A stretch of 45,085 nucleotides of DNA from Candidatus Altiarchaeota archaeon (GCA_030622515.1 JAUXGB010000001.1:1-45085), one strand, 5' to 3'. Numbered from the stretch's first letter, positions 9,017 to 17,492 are shown. Notes: generated by a model from the letters alone, not told the origin. Numbers and translations: made by a program.

Positions 9017-10021
9017 TCACTCCATCTCCAGAAGCTCAACAACCCTCTGGTAACCTTCCCTCTCCGGGTTGGCGTCAAGCAGATGGCAGACATGGCCAAC
9101 AGGCTTCATAAACTCAGTTGTAAGCAAGCTGTTTGTCTGGTAGAATTCTTCAAGTGATTTGAAATCATCCGAGTTTGCCTTGCGATACTCCCTCAAGAGG
9201 AAATCATTGTTGTCCCTCGCCCTGCCCCTGAGGCTTTCGGGACGGATAAGTGCAACGTCAACCCGCTTTCCCCCAAGCCCTCTGATTTTCCCATAGATTT
9301 CTCCCTCATAGGGCTCAATATTTTTTCTTGATGCGGCGAATTCAGCAATCCCTGTTTCAGGATTCCTGAGAAATAGGCGCGTGTCAGGGAAATCTGTAAA
9401 CTTAACGCTGGCAACCAAGTCAGGCAGTTTTTTCCCGCCAATAATACAACTTATCTGGCCAAGGCAGTCTCCCCTGTTATCTGGTGAAATAATGTAAAAG
9501 TCAAGGTCGCCACCAGTGCAGAGCCGGTGCTTGCCCCATTCAGCACCCCTCTCAACAAGCAGGTAGTCATTTTCCTCAAGCATTTCTCCAACAGAACTGA
9601 ATACCTCGTCCTTAAGCTTCCTGACTTCTCCGCCCTTCCCTTTTATCCTATCATAACGCTTAAGAAACTTCTCCACAGCTTCGCTTTCACCCTCACCAAC
9701 AGCCCCAAGGTCAACTATGTATCCCCAGAGTTTTTCAGAAGCCCCAGGCCCTCCTGTGTGCGGGTAAGGCACCAAACCAACAAAGGTATACTTGCCAGCC
9801 TCAAGCTTTCCAATATTCTCCCTGACCTCAAAGTCGAAGCCAGCCGCCAGCTTCCCGATTCCAGCGTCAACCCCCCTTAGCTTTAAGTTTGGCAGCTGCC
9901 TGTAATTTATTCGCGTTCTTTCAAGAGCTGGGAGTTTTGAATCCTGTATTGAAACCTCCGCCTTCTCCCCTGAAGGTGAGAGAACTGTTCCTACAAGATG
10001 TTCCGGTCCCTTCATCTTCAT
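9017..10021 (-). CDS. hypothetical protein (no recognisable family)
   Basis: 334-aa ORF with native-looking codon usage and a TATA-like box (GTTTTATAAGGT on the minus strand) about 32 nt upstream. I recognised no motif. Confidence 0.7.
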   Translation of the reverse strand: MKMKGPEHLVGTVLSPSGEKAEVSIQDSKLPALERTRINYRQLPNLKLRGVDAGIGKLAAGFDFEVRENIGKLEAGKYTFVGLVPYPHTGGPGASEKLWGYIVDLGAVGEGESEAVEKFLKRYDRIKGKGGEVRKLKDEVFSSVGEMLEENDYLLVERGAEWGKHRLCTGGDLDFYIISPDNRGDCLGQISCIIGGKKLPDLVASVKFTDFPDTRLFLRNPETGIAEFAASRKNIEPYEGEIYGKIRGLGGKRVDVALIRPESLRGRARDNNDFLLREYRKANSDDFKSLEEFYQTNSLLTTEFMKPVGHVCHLLDANPEREGYQRVVELLEME

Positions 10022-10137
10022 CCCTACATAACCACCTTCCAGTGCTACCTTATAAAACTTGCTTGATTCTTAGGGAATACCTTTTTAAACCCCCACCCTA
10101 GAAGTTAGGAATTATCCGAAAAGGGGCAAGACTCAAA

Positions 10138-10800
10138 ATGGTAAAAAAAGGAGACTTCATCGAGGTAAGTTACACTGGAAAAATCAAGGGAACTGGTGAG
10201 ATTTTCGACCTGACAGACGAGAAGCTTGCCAAGGAAAAGAAGATTTGGAACAAAAACGCGTTCTACGGCCCTATCCCCATGATAATTGGCGCAGGCCACA
10301 TGCTGCCCGCGCTTGAGGAAGCCTTTATCAAGATGAAGGTCGGGCAGAAGAAGACCGTTATGGTCGAGGGGGCAAAGGCCTTTGGGGAGAGGAAGAAGGA
10401 AAGGCTTCAGGTCATTCCTGAGAAACTCTTCAGGAGCCAGAAGGTTGACCCAAAAGTCGGCATGATGGTTAATGTCGGCCAGATGATAGGAAAGGTGCAA
10501 AGCGTTTCAGGCGGAAGAATTACAGTTGATTTCAACCACCCGCTCGCCGGCAAGACTCTCGAGTACGAAATCAAGATAGAGAAGCAGGTTGAAAAGCTTG
10601 AGGAGCAGGTGCTTGGCCTAATCAGGTACCATCTCAAGACCTCCAAGGACTTCGGTATCAAGGTGAAGAAGGATGCGGTAGAAGTTAGCCTGCCAAAAGG
10701 GATGCTGGTTGAGCCAAGAGGCATGAAACAGGTCGCAGATGACGCTCTTGCCCACTTGAAAATCAAAACTATTAAATTCACATACACCTTTGAGAAATGA
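10138..10800 (+). CDS. FKBP-type peptidyl-prolyl cis-trans isomerase (long archaeal type)
   Basis: 220-aa ORF with FKBP signatures VKKGDFIEVSYTGK, PALEEAFIKMKVGQKK and GGRITVDFNHPLAGKTLEYEIKI, plus a C-terminal extra domain. Confidence 0.9.
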   Translation: MVKKGDFIEVSYTGKIKGTGEIFDLTDEKLAKEKKIWNKNAFYGPIPMIIGAGHMLPALEEAFIKMKVGQKKTVMVEGAKAFGERKKERLQVIPEKLFRSQKVDPKVGMMVNVGQMIGKVQSVSGGRITVDFNHPLAGKTLEYEIKIEKQVEKLEEQVLGLIRYHLKTSKDFGIKVKKDAVEVSLPKGMLVEPRGMKQVADDALAHLKIKTIKFTYTFEK

Positions 10801-10819
10801 GATACGGGGGAAGTACAAA

Positions 10820-11956
10820 ATGAAAGGACTTATCGGTTCGGTTCGTGAAAAGGCGTCTGGTCACCACACAGGTACAGACACAGAATTAGAGGAGATACTC
10901 AGGCAGCACAAGGCTGTTATTCGGGTAGTTGGAATTGGAGGTTCCGGAAACAATTCAATCCTGAGAATGATGGAAGTCGGCATTGAAGGGGCTGAAATGA
11001 TAGCGATTAACACTGACGCCCAGGACCTGCTTAAGGTAAAGGGGGCCCAAAAGGTCCTCATCGGGAAAGACATAACAGGCGGCCTTGGAGCCGGCGCAGA
11101 CCCGACAATTGGCGAGCAGGCAGCTCGCGAGAACGAGCAGGACATCAAGGAGGCCCTTATGGGAACTGACCTGACCTTTATCACCTGCGGCCTTGGCGGA
11201 GGAACAGGAACGGGCGGAGCCCCGGTAGTTGCCGAGGTTTCAAAGAAGCTCGGAGCCCTGACAATTGGAATAGTCACCCTGCCTTTCGAGATGGAAGGAC
11301 ATGCAAGGTGGAACAACGCGGTCATGGGTCTCTCCAAGCTTGAGACAGTTGTTGACACCCTGATTGTCATCCCAAACGACAAGCTGCTCCAGTTGGTTCC
11401 TGACATACCAATCTCAACAGCGTTCAAGGTCGCGGACGAAATCCTTGTCAACGCGGTTAAGGGAATCACTGAACTGATTACCAAGCCGGGATTAATCAAC
11501 CTCGACTTTGCAGATGTCAAGGCAGTCATGCTGTCTGGCGGGGTTGCCCTCATCGGCCTTGGCGAGAGCGATACGGAGAACCGTGCCATGGAGTCTGTTA
11601 CAAAAGCAATCAACTCCCCGCTTCTTGATGTTGATATCACCGGGGCAAAGGGAGCCTTGATTAATGTCATTGGCGGACCAGACATGACGCTTGACGAGTC
11701 GCGAAACATCGTCTCAATAGTCACGGACAAGCTTGACCCTGAGGCAAGGGTAATCTGGGGTGCCCAGATTGACGAATCCCTCAAGCAGACCGTTCGCGTG
11801 CTCCTCATCGTGACAGGCGTCCAGTCGGCCCAGATAACCGGCAGGGAAAAGCTGATGGAAGACAAGCGAAGGACAAGGATGGAAAAAGAACTCGGCATCG
11901 AGTTTGTTTCAGTAGAGGAGACCGGCCTTGAGAAACCGATTAAACGACTATCTTAG
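10820..11956 (+). CDS. ftsZ: cell division GTPase FtsZ
   Basis: Tubulin/FtsZ signatures GIGGSGNN, NTDAQ and GLGGGTGTGGAPVVA. The ATG at 10820 follows GGGGGAA. Confidence 0.95.
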   Translation: MKGLIGSVREKASGHHTGTDTELEEILRQHKAVIRVVGIGGSGNNSILRMMEVGIEGAEMIAINTDAQDLLKVKGAQKVLIGKDITGGLGAGADPTIGEQAARENEQDIKEALMGTDLTFITCGLGGGTGTGGAPVVAEVSKKLGALTIGIVTLPFEMEGHARWNNAVMGLSKLETVVDTLIVIPNDKLLQLVPDIPISTAFKVADEILVNAVKGITELITKPGLINLDFADVKAVMLSGGVALIGLGESDTENRAMESVTKAINSPLLDVDITGAKGALINVIGGPDMTLDESRNIVSIVTDKLDPEARVIWGAQIDESLKQTVRVLLIVTGVQSAQITGREKLMEDKRRTRMEKELGIEFVSVEETGLEKPIKRLS

Positions 11957-12089
11957 AGTCCTCAGCATTGCACGCCGTCCGACAAAAGAGGAATTTGTTA
12001 GGATAGTTCAGCTGACAGGAATAGGCATACTTGCAATCGGCATGCTTGGCTTTGCAATAAACATTGTCTTCCAGCTGATTGGACTGTGA
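11928..12089 (+). CDS. secE: preprotein translocase subunit SecE (Sec61 gamma)
   Basis: 53-aa ORF absent from the supplied track, translating as (TTG)RNRLNDYLRVLSIARRPTKEEFVRIVQLTGIGILAIGMLGFAINIVFQLIGL. It has the typical SecE amphipathic helix plus a single TM. GAGGAG lies 7 nt upstream. It sits in the conserved ftsZ-secE-nusG-L11 position. Confidence 0.8.
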   Translation: MRNRLNDYLRVLSIARRPTKEEFVRIVQLTGIGILAIGMLGFAINIVFQLIGL

Positions 12090-12100
12090 AGGTGAAAAAA

Positions 12101-12568
12101 ATGAGCGTGATTTACGCAATAAGAACGACAGTAGGAAGGGAAGAGACCGTCCTCGAAAACATAGACTTAGCGCTGGCGAAAAAAGATTTTCAGGTGAAAG
12201 CCATAATCCTCCCGAAGGAAATCAAGGGATATGTAATTGCGGAAGCGGGTTCAATTTCTGATTTGGAAGAGGCTATCCACGGCGTAAACCACGTGCGAGG
12301 CTTGGTCCGCAAACCCCTGACCATTGAGGAAATCAAGCACTTCCTGATTGCCAAGCCGGCGAAGATGAAGATAGACAAAGGCGACATTATCGAGCTTGTC
12401 AGCGGGCCTTTCAAGGGCGAAAAAGCGAAGGTGACAAGAGTTGACAAGACGAAAAGGGAAGTGACAGTTGAACTGATTGAGGCTGCCGTGCCCATTCCCG
12501 TAACAGTCGCGGTCGAATCCATCCGGGTTGTCCAGCACATTAACGAGGAGAAGCCCAAACCTTCCTAA
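12101..12568 (+). CDS. nusG: transcription elongation factor Spt5/NusG
   Basis: NGN domain start MSVIYAIRTTVGREE and KOW motif GDIIELVSGPFKGEKAKVTRVD. GTG at 12086 is an alternative start. Confidence 0.9.
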   Translation: MSVIYAIRTTVGREETVLENIDLALAKKDFQVKAIILPKEIKGYVIAEAGSISDLEEAIHGVNHVRGLVRKPLTIEEIKHFLIAKPAKMKIDKGDIIELVSGPFKGEKAKVTRVDKTKREVTVELIEAAVPIPVTVAVESIRVVQHINEEKPKPS

Positions 12569-12569
12569 A

Positions 12570-12582
12570 CTTTTTTAAAGGG
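12570..12582 (+). promoter_or_regulatory. TATA-like box for rpl11
   Basis: CTTTTTTAAAGGG is centred 25 nt upstream of ATG 12601. Confidence 0.5.
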
Positions 12583-12600
12583 TGTCAAGGAATTGTCCCT

Positions 12601-13083
12601 ATGGCAGATACCAAGATTAAGCTTCTGATAAAGGGCGGAAAGGCAACAGCAGGCCCGCCTCTGGGACCAGCGGTCGCCCCAATGGGTGTAAATGTTGGCC
12701 AGATTGTTGCAAAGCTCAACGCTGACACAAAGAAATACTCAGGCCTGACCGTCCCGGTTACCCTAATCGTCCACAGCGACAAGACCTTCGACATCGATAT
12801 CGGCTCGCCGCCAGTGTCTGCCCTAATCAAGAAAGAGCTCGGCCTTGAGAAAGGCGCAAAGGGCGAGCAGGGCAAAGGGCAGGAAACAGCCGGGGACCTC
12901 CCCCTTAACAAAATCATCAAAATCGCAAAAGAAAAGGAATCCACCCTTCAGGCAAACACTTTCGAATCAGCTGTCAAGCAGATTATCGGCACCTGCAAGT
13001 CAATGGGTGTAACAATTGACGGGCAGGACCCGAAGGACATGATAAACGCAATCAACAGCGGAGAAGTTTCTGTTTCGAAATAG
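12601..13083 (+). CDS. rpl11: 50S ribosomal protein L11 (uL11)
   Basis: Motif KGGKATAGPPLGPAVAPMGVNVGQIV. A TATA-like box is centred 25 nt upstream. Confidence 0.95.
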   Translation: MADTKIKLLIKGGKATAGPPLGPAVAPMGVNVGQIVAKLNADTKKYSGLTVPVTLIVHSDKTFDIDIGSPPVSALIKKELGLEKGAKGEQGKGQETAGDLPLNKIIKIAKEKESTLQANTFESAVKQIIGTCKSMGVTIDGQDPKDMINAINSGEVSVSK

Positions 13084-13614
13084 CTAGGGCGTCACCCGCG
13101 TGAACTGGAAGTAGGTAACATCCCCTTCCCCGTCGACAACCCCGAGCCAAAGCCTCTTTTTCACAGAGTGGGCAAGCCTCACAAACCTTGAAATCTCAGT
13201 AATAGTGTACTTTTCCCCCTCGGCAACACCATGCGCCAGGAACTTGGCATGCTCCCACGGCTGGCGGGCCCCTCTCTTCGGGCGAACGCCTCTCTCATAG
13301 ACACGAAAGTGAGTGCCATACTTCAACCCGCTCCTCACGACAAGGCCCCTGTCGCGCAGGTCCCGATAGACCTGATACCGAATAAAAATCTCAGGATAGA
13401 TTTTCCTAAAGACCCTGAACAGCTTCTCGAAATCAATTCTCTTCCTACCCTCGAAGACCTCAAGCCTCTCCTTCTTCAGCAGGAACAGCGCTTCCTCAGG
13501 AGCAAGGTAAAGGCCGTCGTCCCTCACCGACCCGAATCCGCTCTTCTGGAAAAGCTCCCCAAACTCCTTAACCACAATCTTGTCTCCTAAGAGTTCCCCT
13601 TTCAGCTTTTCCAA
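13084..13614 (-). CDS. endA: tRNA-splicing endonuclease
   Basis: EndA signatures GLVVRSGLKYGTHFRVYERG, HAKFLAHGV and RLAHSVKKRLWLGVVD. The 176-aa form starts at TTG 13614, immediately after the upstream stop. In-frame ATGs at 13674, 13683 and 13701 would overlap the upstream gene. Confidence 0.85.
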   Translation of the reverse strand: MEKLKGELLGDKIVVKEFGELFQKSGFGSVRDDGLYLAPEEALFLLKKERLEVFEGRKRIDFEKLFRVFRKIYPEIFIRYQVYRDLRDRGLVVRSGLKYGTHFRVYERGVRPKRGARQPWEHAKFLAHGVAEGEKYTITEISRFVRLAHSVKKRLWLGVVDGEGDVTYFQFTRVTP

Positions 13615-13618
13615 AAAA

Positions 13619-13996
13619 TCACCTGACCAGAAATGTCTCCTTAACTGTCTTAAACTTCTTCGACTTGGAATCATACTTGACATACCCCTTCTCAACCGCA
13701 CCCCTCAGCCTCAGGAGAAGGGTCTCCCTCAAGGGTTCGTCAATATTTCTCGTCTCCCTAAGATACCTGTTAATCTCTTCAACAGTTGAAAAGTCCCCCA
13801 ATTCCTTCAGTGCCATGCAGGCAGTCAGCTCCCTCTCGCTCAGGGCAGGTTCCACACGCTCAACCTTCTCCTCCCTTCGCTCAACCCTGGCAACAGTCCT
13901 GCTTTCAAGCAACTCAACCTTCCGTCTCAGCTGTTCATGCGCCTGCCAAAGCTGCTGAACCTTCCTTATCCAGTACTCATCATAACTGTCAGCCAT
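13619..13996 (-). CDS. coiled-coil plus winged-helix-like small protein
   Basis: The ORF from ATG 13996 (MADSYDEYWIRK...) has an N-terminal heptad-like region and a C-terminal wHTH-like segment (ELTACMALKELGDFSTVEEINRYLRE...VEKGYVKYD). Confidence 0.6.
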   Translation of the reverse strand: MADSYDEYWIRKVQQLWQAHEQLRRKVELLESRTVARVERREEKVERVEPALSERELTACMALKELGDFSTVEEINRYLRETRNIDEPLRETLLLRLRGAVEKGYVKYDSKSKKFKTVKETFLVR

Positions 13997-14068
13997 GGGG
14001 AATGAGAACCCCTCAGGGATTAAATTCTTTACCAAAAAGCCTATATCCCGACATGGCATCAACCAGCT

Positions 14069-14329
14069 ATGGAGCTCCTTGCCGTCGCCCTCTTCCTTGT
14101 CGGCCTCTCCCTCTTCGGGATGGAGGCTGCCGCGCCAGGACTCTACCTCTCGGCCCTAGGAATTGGCGCTATCGCCGGCTCAATAATCCTCTTCCTCACC
14201 TCCAGCCCCCAACTCGCTCTCCTCTCACTAGGGCTCTTTACCCTCCTATCGGCCATTTACACGAGGAAAAAGCAGCAGCAACAGCCAAAAAAGCTGGCCA
14301 AGAGGGGAAAAAGAAGGAAAGGCCGATAA
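14069..14329 (+). CDS. small membrane protein with polybasic C-terminal tail
   Basis: 86-aa ORF with three hydrophobic segments followed by the tail RKKQQQQPKKLAKRGKRRKGR. Confidence 0.55.
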   Translation: MELLAVALFLVGLSLFGMEAAAPGLYLSALGIGAIAGSIILFLTSSPQLALLSLGLFTLLSAIYTRKKQQQQPKKLAKRGKRRKGR

Positions 14330-14598
14330 TCTGGCCAAAAGGGTGGGAGAGGGAAGGCTTCCCTAAATGTCCCACCAGCCACGCCCGAAATGGACTTTAT
14401 ATCGGCCATTTGCTAGAGTTTTGATAATTCTTCTTCCTAACCTGTCCCAAATACCACCTCACCGACTCCATCCTGCTCCGCCCCCCATGCCGGGAGCAAA
14501 AGCCTGAGTACCATAAGTTGAAATCCTGAAATCCTTCCATAACTTACAACCCCCCTTATCCCATCTATACCCTCTCAAGCCTCCCTGCCACTAAACAA

Positions 14599-14612
14599 AA
14601 CCAATATATTCC
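14599..14612 (+). promoter_or_regulatory. TATA-like box
   Basis: AACCAATATATTCC is centred 27 nt upstream of ATG 14633. Confidence 0.45.
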
Positions 14613-14632
14613 CCTCTCTATCCTACACCCCC

Positions 14633-15181
14633 ATGCCAAAGAACACCTCCTTTTTCGACAAGCTCATCTATGAGATAAAGGACTGGGCACTCTGGATAGG
14701 GGTTGCCATTATTGTCGCCACAATTATCGGAAACGTCCTTGCCATCTTCCTTGGCAATCAGACCCCGCTGGTGGCTGTAATGAGCGGAAGCATGGTTCAC
14801 GACCCTGCGAGCATCCCAAAGCACTATGCCTGGCTTGAGGCCAAGGGATTTTCCCAAGGACAAATCAACGCCTTCCCCTTCCCGAACGGCTTCAACAAGG
14901 GAGACGTCCTAATCATATTTGGCGCAGAAGACCCGACCATTGGCGAGGTAATAGTCTTCCATGTCCCCAACTCCAACTACCCGATAATTCACAGGATTGT
15001 TGAAAAGCAGGAGTCAGGAAACATAACACTATACAGGACAAAAGGAGATCACAATCCTGGCCTTGACCCATGGCTTACGCCGGAGACAGCAATAGAGGGC
15101 AAGGCAGTCCTGAAAGTCCCAATCGTAGGTTTTATAAAGGTAATACCGATTGAGATGTGGAATAGCATAGTGAGAAGATAG
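14633..15181 (+). CDS. archaeal-type signal peptidase I (S26B/Sec11-like)
   Basis: N-terminal TM helix, catalytic-Ser context VAVMSGSMVH, then PIIHRIV and TKGDHNP. A TATA-like box lies 27 nt upstream. Confidence 0.85.
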   Translation: MPKNTSFFDKLIYEIKDWALWIGVAIIVATIIGNVLAIFLGNQTPLVAVMSGSMVHDPASIPKHYAWLEAKGFSQGQINAFPFPNGFNKGDVLIIFGAEDPTIGEVIVFHVPNSNYPIIHRIVEKQESGNITLYRTKGDHNPGLDPWLTPETAIEGKAVLKVPIVGFIKVIPIEMWNSIVRR

Positions 15182-15182
15182 C

Positions 15183-15518
15183 ATGAAATTCTGCAAAAAG
15201 TGCGGCGGCCTGATGTTTCCCGTAAAGAAAACATCCACCTCTGTCCACCTTAAGTGCAGGAAATGCGCCGCCAAGCAGGTCACCCCCCTTGAAAAATCCT
15301 CCTTTGTAACAAAGATTGAATTCAGCCACCAGGTATCAATCCCCCTCATCGACGCCGAGGAGGAGATGAAGAAAGTTTCCGTAATAAATGTCGAATGCCC
15401 AAAATGCCACAATATCGGCGCCATGTGGTGGATGGTCCAGACCCGAAGCGGCGACGAGCCGGCAACAAGGTTCTACCGCTGCGCAAAATGCAGGCACACC
15501 TGGCGCGAAGGCCACTAA
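15183..15518 (+). CDS. tfs: transcription factor S (TFS/RpoM-like)
   Basis: N-terminal zinc ribbon (CKKCGG...CRKC) and C-terminal zinc ribbon (CPKC...QTRSGDEPATRFYRCAKCRHTW) with the acidic DE loop. Confidence 0.9.
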   Translation: MKFCKKCGGLMFPVKKTSTSVHLKCRKCAAKQVTPLEKSSFVTKIEFSHQVSIPLIDAEEEMKKVSVINVECPKCHNIGAMWWMVQTRSGDEPATRFYRCAKCRHTWREGH

Positions 15519-16606
15519 AGCGTAAACCCGTAGGCGTCTTCTACAAGGCCACTCCCATGCCTAACCTGTTCCATTGAGATTTCTTTTCCCCCCCTCTTGA
15601 ACGAGAAGTCAATCACCTTGGTGAAATATTCGTCATAATGAAACTTCCCAATCGACTGGATAATGAACCTTGAAGAAGCGTAAGATTTCATCAAGAGGGA
15701 CAGTTCCCCTCCCCGGGTGTGCAGGAACCACCTGTCCCCCGCTTTTTTAATCTCAAAATTCTCAAAATCAAACCTCTTTCCCCTGCGGTCAGTGAAACGT
15801 AGGGTGGGTTTTATCCTGTACTTCACCCCAAGAAAATCCAACTGGGGCAGAAAATACTCAACAACCGAGCCATCCCTGAAATGGACCCATCCCCATCTCC
15901 ACGGGAGGAACGGGGTCGTAACAATTACTTTTTGCACGAGAGAAACGCCGGATATCTTTTTTGAATTCAGCATCCCTTTGAAGTCTAAATAGAGGTTGAC
16001 AAGTTCAAATCCCAAAGGACCGACAAATACATTATCGAAGTCATATTTTCTCTTCTTCTTCGCTTCGTGAAATTTCAAATCACCTATCTTTTTCTTCCCT
16101 TTGTAAATCTTCAGTGAATAGTTCGGATAGCTGCCCTCGAACCGGAAAATCGGCGAATGAATCCGATTCTTTTCAATCTTAACATCGTGCCTGACTTCCG
16201 CAACATCATACTTCTTTCCGTCAAAGAACCAGCAGGCGATTCCCGGTTTTTTGTCAAGCCTTATGCCCCTGTTACTCTTGGCTTTTGAGCTATACTTCAT
16301 GAACATGAAAACCAACTGACGCGAAAGTCCCGGTTCGACCGAGTCAAGATGCATAAACCAATACTCCTTTGTGAAAGGCGGCAGGTTCTCGTACTTGAAA
16401 AACATCTCGTCAATCGCCTTTCTCTTATCCCTAACAACCCAGTACTTGAACGCTTCGAATCTCTTCTTTATCTTTCTGGCAGACTCCATAGCAGTCCTGC
16501 TTGCAGGCCCAAACAATAACCTCTCAAATTCAGGATGCATCCTCTTGAATTTCTTTCTAAACTCCGAACCGAGTAGCCGGTCCAGTGTCCTTCTCCGCTT
16601 GGCCAT
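15515..16606 (-). CDS. hypothetical beta-rich protein (orphan)
   Basis: 363-aa form from ATG 16606, with a TATA-like box centred 27 nt upstream; ATG 16615 is also possible. Rich in aromatic residues and Lys. Codon usage is AT3-rich and unlike its neighbours. No family recognised. Confidence 0.7.
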   Translation of the reverse strand: MAKRRRTLDRLLGSEFRKKFKRMHPEFERLLFGPASRTAMESARKIKKRFEAFKYWVVRDKRKAIDEMFFKYENLPPFTKEYWFMHLDSVEPGLSRQLVFMFMKYSSKAKSNRGIRLDKKPGIACWFFDGKKYDVAEVRHDVKIEKNRIHSPIFRFEGSYPNYSLKIYKGKKKIGDLKFHEAKKKRKYDFDNVFVGPLGFELVNLYLDFKGMLNSKKISGVSLVQKVIVTTPFLPWRWGWVHFRDGSVVEYFLPQLDFLGVKYRIKPTLRFTDRRGKRFDFENFEIKKAGDRWFLHTRGGELSLLMKSYASSRFIIQSIGKFHYDEYFTKVIDFSFKRGGKEISMEQVRHGSGLVEDAYGFTL

Positions 16607-16627
16607 TAATTTCATCTACAAAATCCA

Positions 16628-16638
16628 CCTATAAAACC
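16628..16638 (-). promoter_or_regulatory. TATA-like box
   Basis: The minus strand reads GGTTTTATAGG, centred 27 nt upstream of ATG 16606. It lies inside the 29-nt gap after zupT. Confidence 0.45.
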
Positions 16639-16644
16639 ATATCC

Positions 16645-17406
16645 CTAGAATAACATCAAGCTAACAGCCATAACTGCCATCCCGATGATTATCCCTACAA
16701 TGGACAAATGACCTGATTTGTCATACTCAAAGGAAACAGGAAGCAGTTCATCAAAACTAATGAACACCATTATTCCTGCGACAAACGCAAGACTGAGCGA
16801 AAGCACGACAGGACTGAGGAACGGCATGAGAATCAGGAATCCAATGACCGCCCCAACCGGCTCGGCAAGCCCTGAGAGAAGGGAGAGCCAGAACGCCTTT
16901 GCCCTGCTCTTTGTTGCATAATAAATTGGCATTGAGACAGCAATCCCCTCAGGAATATTGTGTATTGCAATAGCAATTGCAAGGGAAATGCCCAAGGAAG
17001 GGCTTTGCAGTGAACTCATGAAGACGGCAAGCCCCTCAGGGAAGTTGTGAATAGCTATCCCAATCACAGTAAAAACCCCTGCCGCCATAAGTCTCCTGTT
17101 CTTCCTGTCAACCTTAACGTGCTCCTCAATATACTCATGAGGGACAAGAAAGTCAATAGCAGCAATAAAGACAATGCCGACAAAAAAAGCAAGGTTGCCC
17201 AAGCCAAACCCAACGCTCTCGATAGAAGATGCCAGAAGCTCTGCGAAGGAGACATAAATCATAACGCCGGCAGAAAACCCAAGGGCAAGGCAGAGATAGC
17301 ATTTTTTGAAATCCTTTATGAAGAAGGAAATAAGGCTTCCAATCCCTGTCGAAAGCCCTGCAAGAGTTGTGAGCAGCAGCGGCATCCAAATCTGCTCAAG
17401 ATTCAT
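16645..17406 (-). CDS. zupT: ZIP-family zinc transporter
   Basis: Duplicated ZIP signature HNFPEGLAV / HNIPEGIAV, 8 hydrophobic helices, and a TATA-like box 27 nt upstream. Confidence 0.9.
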   Translation of the reverse strand: MNLEQIWMPLLLTTLAGLSTGIGSLISFFIKDFKKCYLCLALGFSAGVMIYVSFAELLASSIESVGFGLGNLAFFVGIVFIAAIDFLVPHEYIEEHVKVDRKNRRLMAAGVFTVIGIAIHNFPEGLAVFMSSLQSPSLGISLAIAIAIHNIPEGIAVSMPIYYATKSRAKAFWLSLLSGLAEPVGAVIGFLILMPFLSPVVLSLSLAFVAGIMVFISFDELLPVSFEYDKSGHLSIVGIIIGMAVMAVSLMLF

Positions 17407-17427
17407 TCAGAAACTATTCCAAAGCAT

Positions 17428-17473
17428 CATTTATACATTTGCAGTGGAAACCCACCCCTAACCCTTTTAAACC
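17428..17473. promoter_or_regulatory. back-to-back TATA-like boxes for zupT (-) and the OB-fold gene (+)
   Basis: The minus strand reads ATGTATAAATG (17428-17438), 27 nt upstream of ATG 17406. The plus strand reads CCCTTTTAAACC (17462-17473), 25 nt upstream of ATG 17493. Confidence 0.5.
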
Positions 17474-17492
17474 CCCCAATTCCCCTCTAACC

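Noticed and set aside
10861-11898. 345-aa stop-free ORF on the minus strand
   Set aside because: It is exactly antisense to ftsZ, whose tubulin signatures are unambiguous. The product is Ser/Pro/Arg-rich low complexity. Long antisense frames are a by-product of the GC3-rich codon usage of native genes here.
13786-14424. 212-aa plus-strand ORF
   Set aside because: The product is Pro/Ser/Arg-rich low complexity. It overlaps the wHTH gene antisense and the small membrane gene out of frame, and runs on into the non-coding spacer.
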